Shown here: positions 38,144 through 50,015 of the stretch, piece by piece
Layout of the letters: each line of letters opens with the position of its first letter
Numbering within the stretch: position 1 is the first letter of the stretch
Source of the DNA: Octopus vulgaris
Lineage: Eukaryota
Assembly (NCBI GenBank): GCA_951406725.2
Contig: OX597822.1
Location: 42,098,001 to 42,162,000, forward strand
Direction: 5' to 3'
Length of the DNA stretch: 64,000 nt
Translations under genes and position numbers: made by a program
Notes under the pieces: generated by a model
What the model saw: the letters and a program-made list of their open reading frames with translations, nothing else
Told to the model about the DNA's origin: nothing
The model's database searches: none

Positions 38144-41100
38144 GTTTTCTTATATGTATGTATGCATGCATGCATATGTATGTATATATGCATTTATGTT
38201 CGAGTTCCCTTTCACTCTCAGACAATTACTTCCACTCTATCACAGGGGAAGAATATAGTCACCAAGCCTTTGGTAGATGACAAAGACGGATGACAAACTG
38301 CATGATGTTAATAAATTGTTGTAACTATAAATCAGGAGTCAAAACTAGAAAGTTAAGTAGAGCTGCTTCAGGAAGTTGATTAAATGTTTCATCACTATTT
38401 CTGAATTTGATTCCAATTTATTAACAGAAAGCAGAAAAATTGAACCTCATGTTAGCAGCTGCACAGAAACACAACACACTGAGAAATGAAGCTCAGAATT
38501 TGGAAGGTAAGTTCTGGAGGTTTCTAAATCCATTACATTTCTACATGTCACCAACACTGACTGCATTCAGTTGACTCTTCTTCATTGTATTCCACTGTAG
38601 GTTGTGACAGGCATTTATTGGCACTGTATGTTCTGGCAAGAGATAATGGTGAAGATATTCCAGCAATATATACAGACCCAGCTTTCACAAAAAGGTCAGT
38701 TTATAATATATTTGTCTATGAAAATTTTACATTTTAAACAGTTGTTTGCAGTCATCTGTTCAATAACTGGCAGAACCTTGTGTATGATTTCTAATGTAGC
38801 CACATCAAAACACTTGTCAATGTGTGTGTGTGTGTATATATATCATCATCATCATCGTTTAGTGTCCGCTTTCCAATGCTAGCATGGGTTGGACGGTTCA
38901 ACTGGGGTCTGGGAAGCCAGAAGGTTGCACCAGATCCAGTCTGATCTGGCAATGTTTCCACGGCTGGATGCCCTTCCTAACGCCATATATGTATATATAT
39001 ATATATACATAATCTCCTTCAAGTGGCTGTACTAGGAATCTGTCCCACCACTATTAGTTTTGGGAGGTCCTCAATTTCATGTTGTGTGTCTCTGTTAGTA
39101 ACACCGATGTAGTCCTCTATTAGGGTGTAGCAGTCTCCAAAGCATGATGTCTGATATGGCCTGTTGGTCAGTACAACAGCTATGGCCAGTAAACCCTACT
39201 CTTTATCGAGTGACAATAGTAATGGATGAAATGATTAGGCCACATCACTCCGTAAGGAGCATAGGGCTGGTTTTGTGGTTTTTCTGGCATATATATTCCT
39301 CCCTCAGGGGGTGCCGGTCCATCACAGGATTACTCATTCTTACCAGCTAGGTAGACTGGAGCAACATGAAATTGTTTTACTCAAGAACACAATGCATCAC
39401 CCAGTCCAGGAATCAAAACCACAATCTTATGATCACGAGTTCAACATCCTAATCATTAAGCCATGTGCCTTCACAATAGGTGGAATGCATTTATAAATTT
39501 TCGTTTTTGATTTTGCACTCATACCATGAGAAGTTTTATGTAAATACCATCAAAGCTATTTTGAAACTCCTTCCTTGGCTAGCTTTGTTGACATTGAGAC
39601 ATGACTGAAAGATGTTGTGAAACTGGTCACAAGCACTCTTGGCTTATTCTTTACGTCAGGAAATCTTTCTTACTGTTAGCGGCATAGGGCATAAAATACT
39701 TGAAGTTACTGATCCCCTTGGGTTGTGGGCCATCACTGAAATAAATTGGCTCATTGGTGGTTGTGTAGCAGCCAAAATCAGTTTCTCAAAACTTAAAAAA
39801 AATAAAAATAGCTTAGCCATCATTGGCAAGCAACCTGGTAGTTTATACCACATTTCTGCTAATTGTATTACATGTCCCTGTACTCACAAGCAGACTCACC
39901 CTCCAAGCCACTTGCCCTTGATCCAGTGGAAAGAGTGGAACATGAAAATGTGACAGTTGGAGGGAGAGGACAGTACCAGCACTCAGCTAGTACTCATTTT
40001 CAGCTGAGTAATCTAGATCACCATGGAATGATACGAGCTGCTCAGTCCAGGAATCAAATCCATGACTGCGAGATGAGCACTCCTAACCAGTAAGCACCTT
40101 CAATGCAAAAGAAACTGAATATACATGTTGGGCCAAAAGTCACATGCCAAGAAACATTTTATTTGTTGCATTATTATTATTTTGTTCTTGTATGTGTGCG
40201 TTCATTATTTTATTGAATTTTAGAAAAACTGAAGCAGGTCTTTGACAATTCTTGAACATATTTTGTGCATGGATTTTGGCCCACTCTGTACTTATTTATA
40301 CACATAGACCATCATTCACGTTCATACCAATAGAGTCATCTCCCTTGCACACATTCTTCTTTGGTTCAGTTTTTTTTTGGGGAGGGGGGCGTCTCAGCCC
40401 ATTTGTGGTCCATTGTTCATACACACTAACAGAGTATGCTCACTTCATTTCTTTCCTAGTCTTCCTACAGCTTTTAGCATTCAAGTCTTGCATATCATTA
40501 TCATGCTTTGTCATAACACAATCTACTCTTCACTCTGAGTGAAAAGCTTTTCATTGCCAGCAGAGATGCCCTGAACTATGGGCATATGGCATAGTGGTTA
40601 AGAGCACAGGCTACTAACCCCAAGATTCCAAGTTCAATTCCAAGCAGTGACATGAATAATAATAATATCGAAAAATACCTGAGGAATAAGAACCCTGGTT
40701 CGAAATTTCCCCAAGACATCTGATGAAGGCTGGAAGGTTTATCAGCCGAAACGTGTTAACAACAAACAAGATGAGGACAAATATCCGTCAAATGTAAATA
40801 ATGTATTTTTGAACCAGTTCTTAATTTGACAAGCTCTCAGAATACCTATTGCTACTCCTATAAATAAGCTATCAACTACTTCTAGAAAGCTGGTTGGGCA
40901 TTGAAGTGAGTCTATAGACCTACCCCATATGTAGTCTACCTTTTCTGTTAGCAAGCCTGTGAATTCACTATCTCTTGCGTATACCTGTTGTTTAGACCGT
41001 CTATCATAGGGAACTGTATCAAAGACCTTCTCTAGATGAATAAATGCCAAATAAAAGACTTATTCCTAGTTAGATTGTTCTGCTGCAGCTGTCTCACCAG

Positions 41101-42095
41101 AAAGATGGCATTAGTTCTTCTTGGTACAAAACCAGCACCACACCTATGTTATTTTCATCTTAACTTTCTTTCATAATCTGATCCAGCAGTTTAATACCTG
41201 TGTAGTTTCTTCTAACACATTTTCTTGCCCTTCTAGCAGAGTTATTGCTCAAGACACTTTTCTATACCACCTGATTTACTATGTGGGTGTATCTTAGTTG
41301 CACAATTGTTTGAAAGTTGAAGCATTTCTCAAAGGTGATGAGGTCAAAAAAAAACAAAAAAACAAATGCAAATTCACAAGAAAAATTTTTTAAATTTTCA
41401 AGTGAGATATAATTAATGGCTGAAAAGGCCTAATTTTTAATTGTTGGGTATAAAGATATATTGCTTTAAATAAGAGTAAATTCAACTTTAAAATTTTTAA
41501 TTCAGCGGTGGTGGTGGTAACTTCTACCTGTCTACCAGTTTCCTCGGTTACACGACAGCTCAAGGAGGGACATTACCCATGGTTAAAGATGGTTATGGAA
41601 TCTTTTATCACATTGAAGAAGACTTGTAAGTAATGACATTTTCATTTTAGCTTTGTTATAGAAAAAACAGGGAGATATGCAACTAGGAATGGGGTACTAT
41701 GTAAGTAGTGTTAAGAGGGTAGGGAGGTGTAAACATTGTAATGTGGGGGGGGTATGTAACTTACAGGAAAAGTTTTTCTTTTTTTAAATCAGTTGTGGAT
41801 GTCACTAGCTGATATCACTTGGCTGTTGGGTTTAAGATAACATTACTTGTAGAAATATCTTTAGAGAAAACGTGTGAAAAATGTTACCAATGTTGTTAGT
41901 AAAACAAATCTAATAATGTTGGATTTTAATTCTAAATGGATAAAATTCCATATTTTTTCCAGAATCTACGTGTTTTCTTCATCATTTAAAGACAGTGACT
42001 GTACTGACTGTGAGAAATTCAGCAGCCTCCTTGCTGAAGTTTTCAATGAAATGAAGGACCTCTTGGAAATCCATACCAAAGTGGCTCATCTCTGA
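12811..42095 (+). CDS. CROT: Peroxisomal carnitine O-octanoyltransferase (15 coding exons, 616 aa)
   Basis: Exons: 12811-12931, 20559-20683, 21729-21910, 23459-23586, 23868-24073, 25183-25296, 27434-27535, 29048-29131, 31497-31604, 35645-35775, 36658-36781, 38428-38506, 38601-38694, 41506-41625, 41963-42095. All introns GT-AG, phases consistent, 1851 nt total. Motifs: TEEKTFQNQDTLPPLPCPDL, NWLEKWW, RWFDKS, catalytic D-HAPSDG, YETA...HGRTETIRSC, GCDRHL, SGGGGNFYLSTS; C-terminal PTS1-type AHL. Confidence 0.95.
12985..13207 (+). mobile_element. Mariner-derived MITE (~220 bp)
   Basis: TA-flanked imperfect TIRs (TATGGAAGGGTGCTAAAAAGTTTCTG / CAGGAACTTTTCAGCATCCCCTTGTA); retains the transposase tail CQKCVNLKGEYVE*. 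Inverted sister copy at 62470-62690. Confidence 0.8.
13232..13520 (+). mobile_element. tRNA-derived SINE (family 3)
   Basis: A box TAGCTCAGTGG, B box GGTTCAATTCC. Related minus-strand copies near 39240-39470, 58815-59060 and 63650-64000. Confidence 0.7.
13571..13786 (-). mobile_element. SINE with Nin-type central domain (family 2)
   Basis: Minus strand GGCGGTGAGCTGGCAGAAAC...GAGTTCAAATTCC...TTCATCCTTTT(G)GGGGTCGATAAATTAAGTACCAG. Other copies near 14130-14310, 20015-20240, 28670-28785, 31690-31910, 36870-37290, 52640-52775. Confidence 0.75.
13903..14485 (-). mobile_element. tRNA-derived SINE (family 1) with a family-2 SINE nested inside
   Basis: Reverse complement of 15661-16040, interrupted at ~14130-14310. 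Confidence 0.75.
15165..15355 (-). mobile_element. RTE LINE 3' end fragment with (GAT)n tail
   Basis: Same sequence as the 3' end of the RT-bearing copy at 56255-57760. Confidence 0.75.
15661..16040 (+). mobile_element. tRNA-derived SINE (family 1) inserted in the left Merlin TIR
   Basis: Head TGGCTGTGTGATAAG...GGTTCAGTCCC, then GGCAAGTGTCTT, tail AAGTAAAAGAGTA. Splits TIR sequence AATAT|GGAAAC that is contiguous in the right TIR. Confidence 0.85.
16340..16792 (-). pseudogene. Merlin/ISXO2-like transposase remnant (N- and C-terminal parts fused)
   Basis: HTQNIERLWKNIKE...SKYLQQYLARYLF is the C-terminal ISXO2/Merlin motif; the catalytic core is missing. Confidence 0.8.
17273..17545 (+). repeat. 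Four degenerate tandem units beginning GACATTTTATA inside the Helitron
   Basis: Units start ~17273, 17336, 17411 and 17516. Confidence 0.7.
17696..18231 (+). pseudogene. Helitron PIF1-like helicase C-terminal fragment
   Basis: YPVEFLN...PIMLFRNFDPPCLCNGTRL...QFPVKLSYGISINKFQSQSL...HGQLYV, then a frameshift to SRVG...NIVYFEVLQD*. Confidence 0.9.
22097..23090 (-). mobile_element. RTE LINE 3' fragment
   Basis: LREKLGIRSIRCDVQEGQLCWYGHVMHMD (RTE C-terminus) plus the family 3' UTR. Confidence 0.8.
24721..25131 (-). mobile_element. tRNA-derived SINE (family 1)
   Basis: Reverse complement of 15661-16040, with internal (AT)n. Confidence 0.8.
26577..26962 (-). mobile_element. Small non-autonomous Helitron-like element
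   Basis: Minus-strand 5' end ATCTATCATATAAAA...GTCTGT; hairpin TGTCCAATGGACG near the other end (~26595-26607). Confidence 0.5.
27565..28150 (-). mobile_element. RTE LINE 3' UTR with ~7 tandem ~60-bp units
   Basis: (CAT)n tail, then repeated GGTGCTTTTTACGTGCCACCAGCAC...GCCAGTC...CACTGGC. Confidence 0.8.
29850..30700 (-). mobile_element. Penelope-like element remnant (GIY-YIG endonuclease C-terminus plus degenerate hammerhead in 3' region)
   Basis: Minus translation EAEITS...YVGVAESLFRIRFDTHKSLFN...TALARHKRSLKE...KIFEKCKAY...KCRLC*AEK...LNCRSEIFSPCPH; CTGATGA (29929-35) and GAAAC (29868-72) downstream. Confidence 0.75.
33185..33862 (-). mobile_element. RTE LINE 3' UTR with tandem units
   Basis: Same family as 27565-28150. 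Confidence 0.8.
35010..35320 (+). mobile_element. RTE LINE 3' end, plus orientation, (GAT)n tail
   Basis: GAGTGGTTGGTGTTAGGAAGGGCATCCAGCT...GACGTTAAACGAGGATGATGATG. Confidence 0.75.
35841..36382 (+). mobile_element. tRNA-derived SINE (family 1)
   Basis: Colinear with 15661-16040, with expanded (AT)n. Confidence 0.8.
40580..40805 (+). mobile_element. tRNA-headed short element carrying a Penelope-type minimal hammerhead ribozyme motif
   Basis: A box TGGCATAGTGG (40587-97), B box GTTCAATTCC (40632-41), (AAT)n linker, then GACAT-CTGATGA-A-GGCTG-loop-CAGCC-GAAAC-GTGTT (40715-40757), tail ATGTAAATAATGTA. Confidence 0.7.
40990..41300 (-). mobile_element. RTE LINE RT fragment
   Basis: LYLAFIHLEKVFDTVP (RT motif 'AFIDLEKAFDRV'). 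Confidence 0.6.
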
Positions 42096-42232
42096 ATAAC
42101 AGTCAACTAACTGTAATGTGAACATTCCAAAATTATGTTAATTTTATATATTAAATTTCATTTTATATAGAAATGTATGAAAAAATACTCCAAATAATAC
42201 AAACAATATGTAAAAATGTTTATATAAACTTG

Positions 42233-42255
42233 TTTATTTGTAACATGGAAATAAA
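42233..42255. terminator. Opposed poly(A) signals: AATAAA on + (42250-42255, CROT) and on - (42233-42238, ZNF622)
   Basis: Hexamers seen directly in the 167-bp inter-stop interval; an ATTAAA on + also lies at 42150-42155. Usage is not demonstrated. Confidence 0.55.
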
Positions 42256-42262
42256 ATATTCT

Positions 42263-45200
42263 TCAGAATACCACCTGCGGACGGAAGTGTTTCTGTAATT
42301 TATTGGCTTTTATACTTAATTTGAGATGCTGTCTTGAACGAAGATGCTGGACATATGCTACATCCTTGGCTTTCTTCTGTGCTGCAGGACCTAAAAATTA
42401 GGGAATAAAAAATTACTTAAACAATATAATTCAATTACCATTGACACTATCATATTACAGGTATTTTAATAATGCTGGTGATGAAAGGTAATGCTGACTC
42501 CAACAGAATTTCAAATTGGAATAGAGTAAACACTAAATACAGCAGTGTATATATTCTGACTCTTGGCTGCTTTGTCCGTCAAATATTAAAACTGTATGGA
42601 ACTTACCAGAAATACCAGTCCATCCAAGTGATTTGTATTGAGCCAGCAGCCGTGGTAATAACTTTCCTGTTTGTGTATATTTTCGAGGTGGCAGATTTTG
42701 TTTGTAATATACCTGGAGTGATCGATGGCCTATAGTTGCACCTACAACACAAAAGAGCAAGTTTTGTTAAAAATTAGACAGTCATACAAGGTGACTTTCT
42801 TCTTCTTCACATCTCAATAAAGCAACTCCAAAAATACAATAAAGTAAATACAAACTTACCAGAAGGTAAAACTAGTTCATAGCCATCTGATGCCAGTTCT
42901 TCAATATTCACCTCCTCGTCATCATCATCGCCATCATCTCCTGTTTCTTTATAATCAGGATAGCTTGGCCTGAAGTAATGACATACAAAATCATCTCAAT
43001 GAAAACAAGATTTATGCACTGAAATAGGTTTATATTTTATAGGAAAAAAAGAACTACAGTTAAACAACTGATGTTCTCCCATGGAACATCAGTAGATTAA
43101 CTTAATCCATTAGGGGAGATATATATGTAGATTAGTATAAACAAATTGGCACAAACATGGCTGTGTGGTAAGAAGTTTGTGTGCCAACCAAATGGTTCCA
43201 GGTTCAATCCCACTGTATGACACCTTGAGCAAGTGTCTTCTACAGCCCCATACCAATCAAAGCTTTGTGAGTGTATTTAGTAGATAGAAACTGAAAGAAG
43301 CCTCCTGTATGTATATAAGTGTGTGTGTGTGTGTATTTGTCTCCTTGTCTTGACACCACATGACCACTGTAAATGAGTGATATGGTCTTGTATGCAGTGT
43401 CATTCATTTCCAAAATTCTGTGAGAACATGTCTGTCTTTGGAAAAATATTACCTTGCCTGGAAACGTGAGGATTGGCAACAGGAAGGCCATCCAGACACA
43501 GAAAACTTACCTGAACTAAACTTTGTCCATAGAAAAGAGAATCTTAAACGACATGTCCAGTAAGTTCAACATCATCAATTCACTACAGAGAAAGTGCACT
43601 GTACAAATTTTTTGACATAACTTTTCAATTTCAATAAAATAATTTAAAACTATTAATGGTGAAATACTATGGATATATTTTCTCAGTGAATTGACAGCGG
43701 TGAACTTACCTGTGATCATTAAATGATGATGAAAGTGTAAGAGGCTTTGGTTTAACTAAAAACTATTATAATAGTTTCTTTACATATAAGACAATGAGCT
43801 AAAATTGGCTGCAGATTCTGAGGTAGAATAGTGAAAGTCATCAGAACTTACCTGTAGTCGTAGAAGTCAGAGTATTCAAGTAAAGCATCTCCTTCATGTA
43901 ATATCTTACAATGATTTTTGTCAGTCATGTGTTGCTGGGCAGATCGAATGCTATAAAATGTTTTACCACGATCATTGCACCACAAACACATATTCCCCTC
44001 ACCAACTTTCTCACCTACAAAATACAGAGAAGAAACACTGTGTTAAACTGGACATACTGGAAACTGTTACATACATGCCTTTCTCAAGTTTTTAGCTACA
44101 GATAAAATTCAGCAGGCTCTTCAGTATAGTTTCTGTGTATGGAGGAAGCCTTTTATTGCAAAACAGATAATTACAGACAGGGACTGAATGTAAACCAAGT
44201 CAGAAATGACATCTAGGTTGTGCGACTACTATCTAAAACTGCACTCACAGCACAATGGTTTTCAATGAACACAGAGAGGCTGTAATAATTTCAGCAAATA
44301 AGGGATTAAATTTTCTACAAAAACTCACTTATGCATCAAACACAATAAACAAGTCTGAAGATGTACCAAAAACTAAGTTGACCTACCTAAATCTTTCAGA
44401 CACATCAAATAAATAAATGTGAATTGAAAACAGAAAACCTTGTATCATAACAGATTGTTTATACATCACATGTGCAGACCACAATATAACAATGTATACA
44501 CACCATGTGTGGAGTACAGTATATCATTATGCATGCACCAGATGTATAAACCATCTCTACAGAAAAGTAAAAAAAAGTTAACATTAACATACAAGATGCA
44601 GCAGTCAATGTCCCCTCTTTTGCCTATTGTTGCCAAAAATAAAATATATGATGGCAAAGCAGACATAATCCTTCTTCGTAAATTCTTAATAACCTCAATC
44701 TCAACAGGTGAATGTCAAACTACCCACAACTCCATTACAGTAACAGTGAAATTATTTTCCACAACATGAGTAACCAATGAGGGAGCTTCTACATGATCAC
44801 TTGACCTTCTAAAAATAGCAGCCAAATCTCCCTCAAATTACTGCTGTCTGAAAAAAAAAATGAAGGAATGTGGATAATGTAGTTGTAGACATACAAAAAT
44901 TAGAGATGGTCAGAGCTGGTAATGTCTTGATAAGGCAGCATTCTACCAGGCATAGTACAAATATCCCCAATCCTTCCTAACCAAAATGTAACCCCCTCGG
45001 GAAATCTTTCCTTGATCATGTTTTTGTCTCAAGCTATACTTGTAGTTGTTCAAAAAGAACTTCCACAGCATAGGAACAGTCTAAGAGGCTCTGCAAAGAC
45101 CATAACCACAATGCCATCCACCAGACTAAACTGGTCTCAGAGAGGCTGTAAAAGCTGTGAGCAATGCTCCAGCAACTAGACCAAATCATTTTATATAAAA

Positions 45201-48200
45201 TAAAATAAAAACTCTGTTGGTTCAGATTTCCTGTTATGGCTAAGCCAGCAAAGAAGAAAGGGCAGCATCCAAGTGTATTTTTAGGGTCCCTGAGACTGGT
45301 GAAAAGAAAGGAGCCAGAGACTTGGCTTGAATGCTTGCAACAGAGTGTATTTAGTTAAATGCCTCCATTTTGGGGAGATTAATTTATTATTATCTGCTGA
45401 ATAAAACATGAATTAAGCACATCACCTGTAAACAGGAACAGTCTCTTTGATATTATAAATAGTAATGTGAGAAGGAAATGAGGAAGACATCATTGATTAT
45501 AATTGTACGTCGTCTTGTATTGTTGCTTATAGACACTATTAATGACAATATGAGCAAATAATTCGTTTCAGGAATAATTGTGGTGACAAAATGGTATAAT
45601 AAAAATAGCAAAAACTATTTATAGAAACTAACAAAAGGAGGAAGGAAATACAATCAGTGCTTAGTGTAATTAGTAATGTTGTTGTCTGGTAACCAACAGA
45701 TAGAGGGTTCTAGTTTGGCTAATGGAAACTTGTTAAATCTTTTCAATAGCAAATTTATAATTTATAGTATATTAGAATCTCGGAAGTTAATTCATAAAGT
45801 GTTGAGTCCTTCATTTGATAAATTTCAAAAAGTTAAAACTGTTGTACGTTGACAATATGAGGCATTTCAGCTGCAAACACTGAGCATTTCTAATGGACAG
45901 TTGTCAGTGCATTATTATAAATAACCCAATCATCACCAGGAGACACCGTTTTTAGTGAACAGTAGTCAGAAACATTACTATGGACCAGTCTAAACTACAT
46001 AGAACCTTTTCTGTCCCAGACAAATTTCGAGTAGATAAGAGAGAGGTAAAGTGAGAAAAAAAGAAAGTGATTTACCAAGGTAAGCAATTAAACCTTCAAC
46101 ATCAACAAGGTATTCAGCATCAGGGATGAAAAATCTGTGTGCTTGAGTCATATGTTGCATGTTCTTCTCCAGTGATTTACTGACCACTGGGCAGAAAAGG
46201 CAAGCTTCAATAGGAATGGCTTCTCCCTCAACACTCTCCCAGGAGCCTTCGGATTCACAATCAGAATCTAAGAGAAAGTATACAATAAAATGAATAAAAG
46301 CAATCACAAATTGAGGCAAAATCAAATGTCATCTCTTAAAAGAACTGTGAAAGTTTGGGAATATAAACAGTTATTTTATGGATGGGGTAAGTGAAAGAAG
46401 GTAATATAAAGAATTGAGATTGCACACACACACACAGAAATTAACATAAAACATCATGAAAGTAGTAATGCTCTTATTGAAACAACAAATTTTGTTTACA
46501 GATTTATAAATTGAAAAGAATGTTTAAATAATGTATGGATGGTGACTAATTTAAATTTAATAAAAAGAAAACATTAATTAAAAAACATTTGTTTATAGCA
46601 AACTAGTTGAGAAATAGTTGAAAAGAGCCAATATTTTCATAAACTGCAAAAGCTTCATGAAATATAAAATGTTAAATATAGCTTCTCCTGGATAAGACAC
46701 TAGCATATTGCAGCTAACTTACTAATTTCCCAACAAAATAAATTAAAGTATGTAAAATTAAATCTCTGGTTCTACAGTCAAAAATGACTGCAATAGGGCT
46801 AAACATTTAGTCATTCAATGACAACCAGAAATAAGATGTAAATAAAAGGATGTATGTGATTAGTACAAAGATGGTGATATCTGATGGAACACTGAGGTAT
46901 ATTGGTTAAATAACCACCAGAATAGCTGCCTCAAAATCATCACAGTATTAGACTTTGAAATAAAATGACAGTTCCAAGCCAAATCAGACTGAAACCTGGT
47001 GTAGCTCGCCGGCTTGCTAGTTCCAGTCAAACCATCTAATCCAGGCCAACATTAAATGATGACGATTGAGTATCAGATAATGGTACAAGTGTTTACTGAT
47101 AAATCTTTAATGGAAGGCGCAATTTGTTGGTTCCATCCTATTTGAAACGACTAAAAGTTTTTGAGAGTGAATCATTAACCCTTTAGTATTTAAACTGGCC
47201 ATATCCAGCCCAAATATTTTACCAGTTTTATGTTCAGACCAGACAGATCTGGCCTCTCACATGTACCCTGCCCTACAATGTTATTCTAAAAATACTCAAT
47301 CACATGGTGAAACTCTTGAAGCTTCGAGATAATAATTTAAAACAATATAAATGAACATTACATTTGACAAAGTAATCCGAATGCTAAAGAGTTAAACCAG
47401 TTTCAAAGACAGACTACAGATCTATAAAACCCATGGAAATGTGACTGAGTATACATGCTTATTTGTAATCTAGGTGACAATGGCTGTAAATAGCTACCAA
47501 GAAAGTTAGTCCATTGAATAATATATAAAGATTGCAACACTGGGTTTAAAATCCAACTAGAGATGATTACAGGAAACCTCATAAAAATGAAGCCGTCAAA
47601 GGTGACTCAACAATCTAAATGGTCAGGGGATATTGTTTCATCGATATAAGTTTCAGGAATTTAAAAGATAAATAGGTTAACCCCTTCACCTGCCGAAGAC
47701 AAATTGTTACATATTAAAAGTTTAATCAGTTATAGAACAACATATATAACAACTAATCATACCTTCATCATCAGCTGATGTTGATGCTTGTGCTACTGGA
47801 TCAGCAGGTTTTTTTAAATTACTTTTTGTTGATGGTACACAATATTTCATGCCCAATCCACCACTGCTGCTGCTGGCACCTTCATTTATTATTTCAAGTT
47901 TTGAAGCCTTGTTTGATAACTCTTTGATATTTTCTTCATAAATTCCTTTCTCAGTATTTTTCTCATTTTCCTTTTGTACAAGACTTTGGGTTTCTTTTAA
48001 CTCTTTCTCTTGATGTTTCTTAGACAGAACATGGTTGCCGTAAGCCTTGGTGCTGCCAAAATGTTTACAGCACAATTTACAATAGCTACCTTGACTTTTA
48101 CCAGCTTCAGAAATCTGAAAACCAAGGAAGAGTAATCACTAAAAAAAAAAATCTTTTATTTTTTTTTTTAAACATACACTCTTATATTCATCCATGCTAG

Positions 48201-50015
48201 TCACTGGATAATTGGGAGTGGGTACCCAGTTCAAATAGACTTTCCTAGTAACAGAGAATCCCAATGACGCACAAAGATTTTCAGCTGTCCCATGTAAACT
48301 GCAATCACTATAATGTTAAGAGTTATACTGATCATTTGGTGGCCTCGACAGAGCACATTTAAGTTTTAAATAAAGAGTACATATCTCTAGTAGTAGAGCT
48401 ATTACTACTGGTATAAGACCTACATCAAGCGGCAGCAGCAGCAGTACTGCTGCATACAGGAATATTCTTATCTCTATAAAAATGTTATTCGATTGATTGA
48501 CAAACACACATCAACCATTAAACCACAGAGTTTTTTTTCCTCTGTTCCCCTACTGCAATCATTCACATCACTCCTTACTACTCTAATACAATATCTTCTG
48601 TTTTTCTAAACCAGTAAGTTTTCTATACAATACACCTCACCACTTCAAACTTTGTCTCACCAAACACTTGATATTTTATTCAATACTTCATCTTCAGATA
48701 TAAGATCCTCTGCAATTTTTACTGCATTCATCAACTCTATATGTGCGGATAAGCCTGCAAAATGGTACAGCCTTCCCATAGGCCTAACTAAGTGGCTACA
48801 GAGTTGGCTTTGTAGCCACATGGTGTTGAGTTCTATCTCAAAGCATGACGTCCTGGGCATCTTCTAAAAGAGCCTCAGACCAACCAATGCCTTTAAGTGG
48901 AACTGGTAGACAGAAACTGTATGGAAGCCTATAATGTGAGTGCATGCTGACATTCCAAAGTCTACAGTCTTCACCTCTTGAGTGAAACACTGATGTGATA
49001 TTTACATTCCCTATTGAGAATGTAACTGATCAGTCTACACTTTCAAAGACCAGTGGAATGAAAAAGAAATTCTTATTTGAAAGACAGGTATGGGTTGGTG
49101 ACAAGAAGGGCATCTGATTGTTATATGCTGCTTCAAATAAATCTGTCTCCAACTCATGTTAGCATGGAAAATAAACATAAAATGAAGAAACATCAATTAA
49201 ACTGACTTTCTCAGAGATATCTTATAACATCCATTCACCCGTCCTCTCCATCCCCTATTCCTGGGAGAAGTAGGGGGGGGGTGTCGATTTTTCGCAACCA
49301 TCCCTAGATTTTCTGGCTTGATTCCCAAGCATGACCAACTAAGACCGTAGATAATATCAAACCACCTTGTTTTTGGCCTCCAGCTAGTTGGCTCAGCTTA
49401 AAGAATCCGTCTTGCAATTCCTTTACTAAAATATCCACATATTTAGTTTGGTTCCATTACAAATGACACATTGTTTCGTCTCATCATCATCATTTAACGT
49501 CTGCTTTCCATGCTAGCATGGGTTAGACGATTTGACTGAGGACTGGCAAACCAGATGGCTGCACCAGGCTCCCAATCTTGATCTGGCAGAGTTTCTACAC
49601 CTGGATACCCTTCCTAACACCAACCACTCCAAGAGTGTAGTGGGTATTTTTACATGCCACTGGCACAAGGGCCAGTCAGGCAGTACTGGCAACGACCACA
49701 CTCAAGTGGTGTTTTTTATGTGCCACCTGCACAGGAGCCAGTCCAGCGGTACTGGCAACGACCTCGCTCAAATGTTTTTCACAAGCTGTATAGAAATTTT
49801 TTAAATTTTCACAAACAAAATTGTATGGAAGGTAAAAGACTTACCTGTGCTTTTCGTTCTAAAACTCGGTGTTGAAAGTCTACTGCAGTTACTGGAGGCA
49901 GGTCTGCTACTTTACGTTTCAGATTATATCGATGCCAGTCTGTTCTGTAGTGAGCTTTTTGTAGTTCTGAGTTAGCAAACACCACTCGACAAGAGATACA
50001 AGTGAACAGTGGCAT
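42263..50015 (-). CDS. ZNF622: Zinc finger protein 622 / cytoplasmic 60S maturation factor REI1 homologue (7 coding exons, 416 aa)
   Basis: Exons (minus): 50015-49845, 48114-47763, 46267-46076, 44014-43852, 42969-42860, 42741-42607, 42390-42263. GT-AG, phases consistent, 1251 nt total. Motifs: FTCISCRVVF...HYRTDWHRYNLKRKVADLPPV, CLFC...HMTQAHRFFIPDAEYL, GEKVGEGNMCLWC...HMTDKNHC, ELVLPSGATIGHRSL, KHFRPQVVF*. Confidence 0.95.
49482..49775 (-). mobile_element. RTE LINE 3' end fragment (~2 tandem units)
   Basis: Same family as 56255-57760. Confidence 0.75.
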
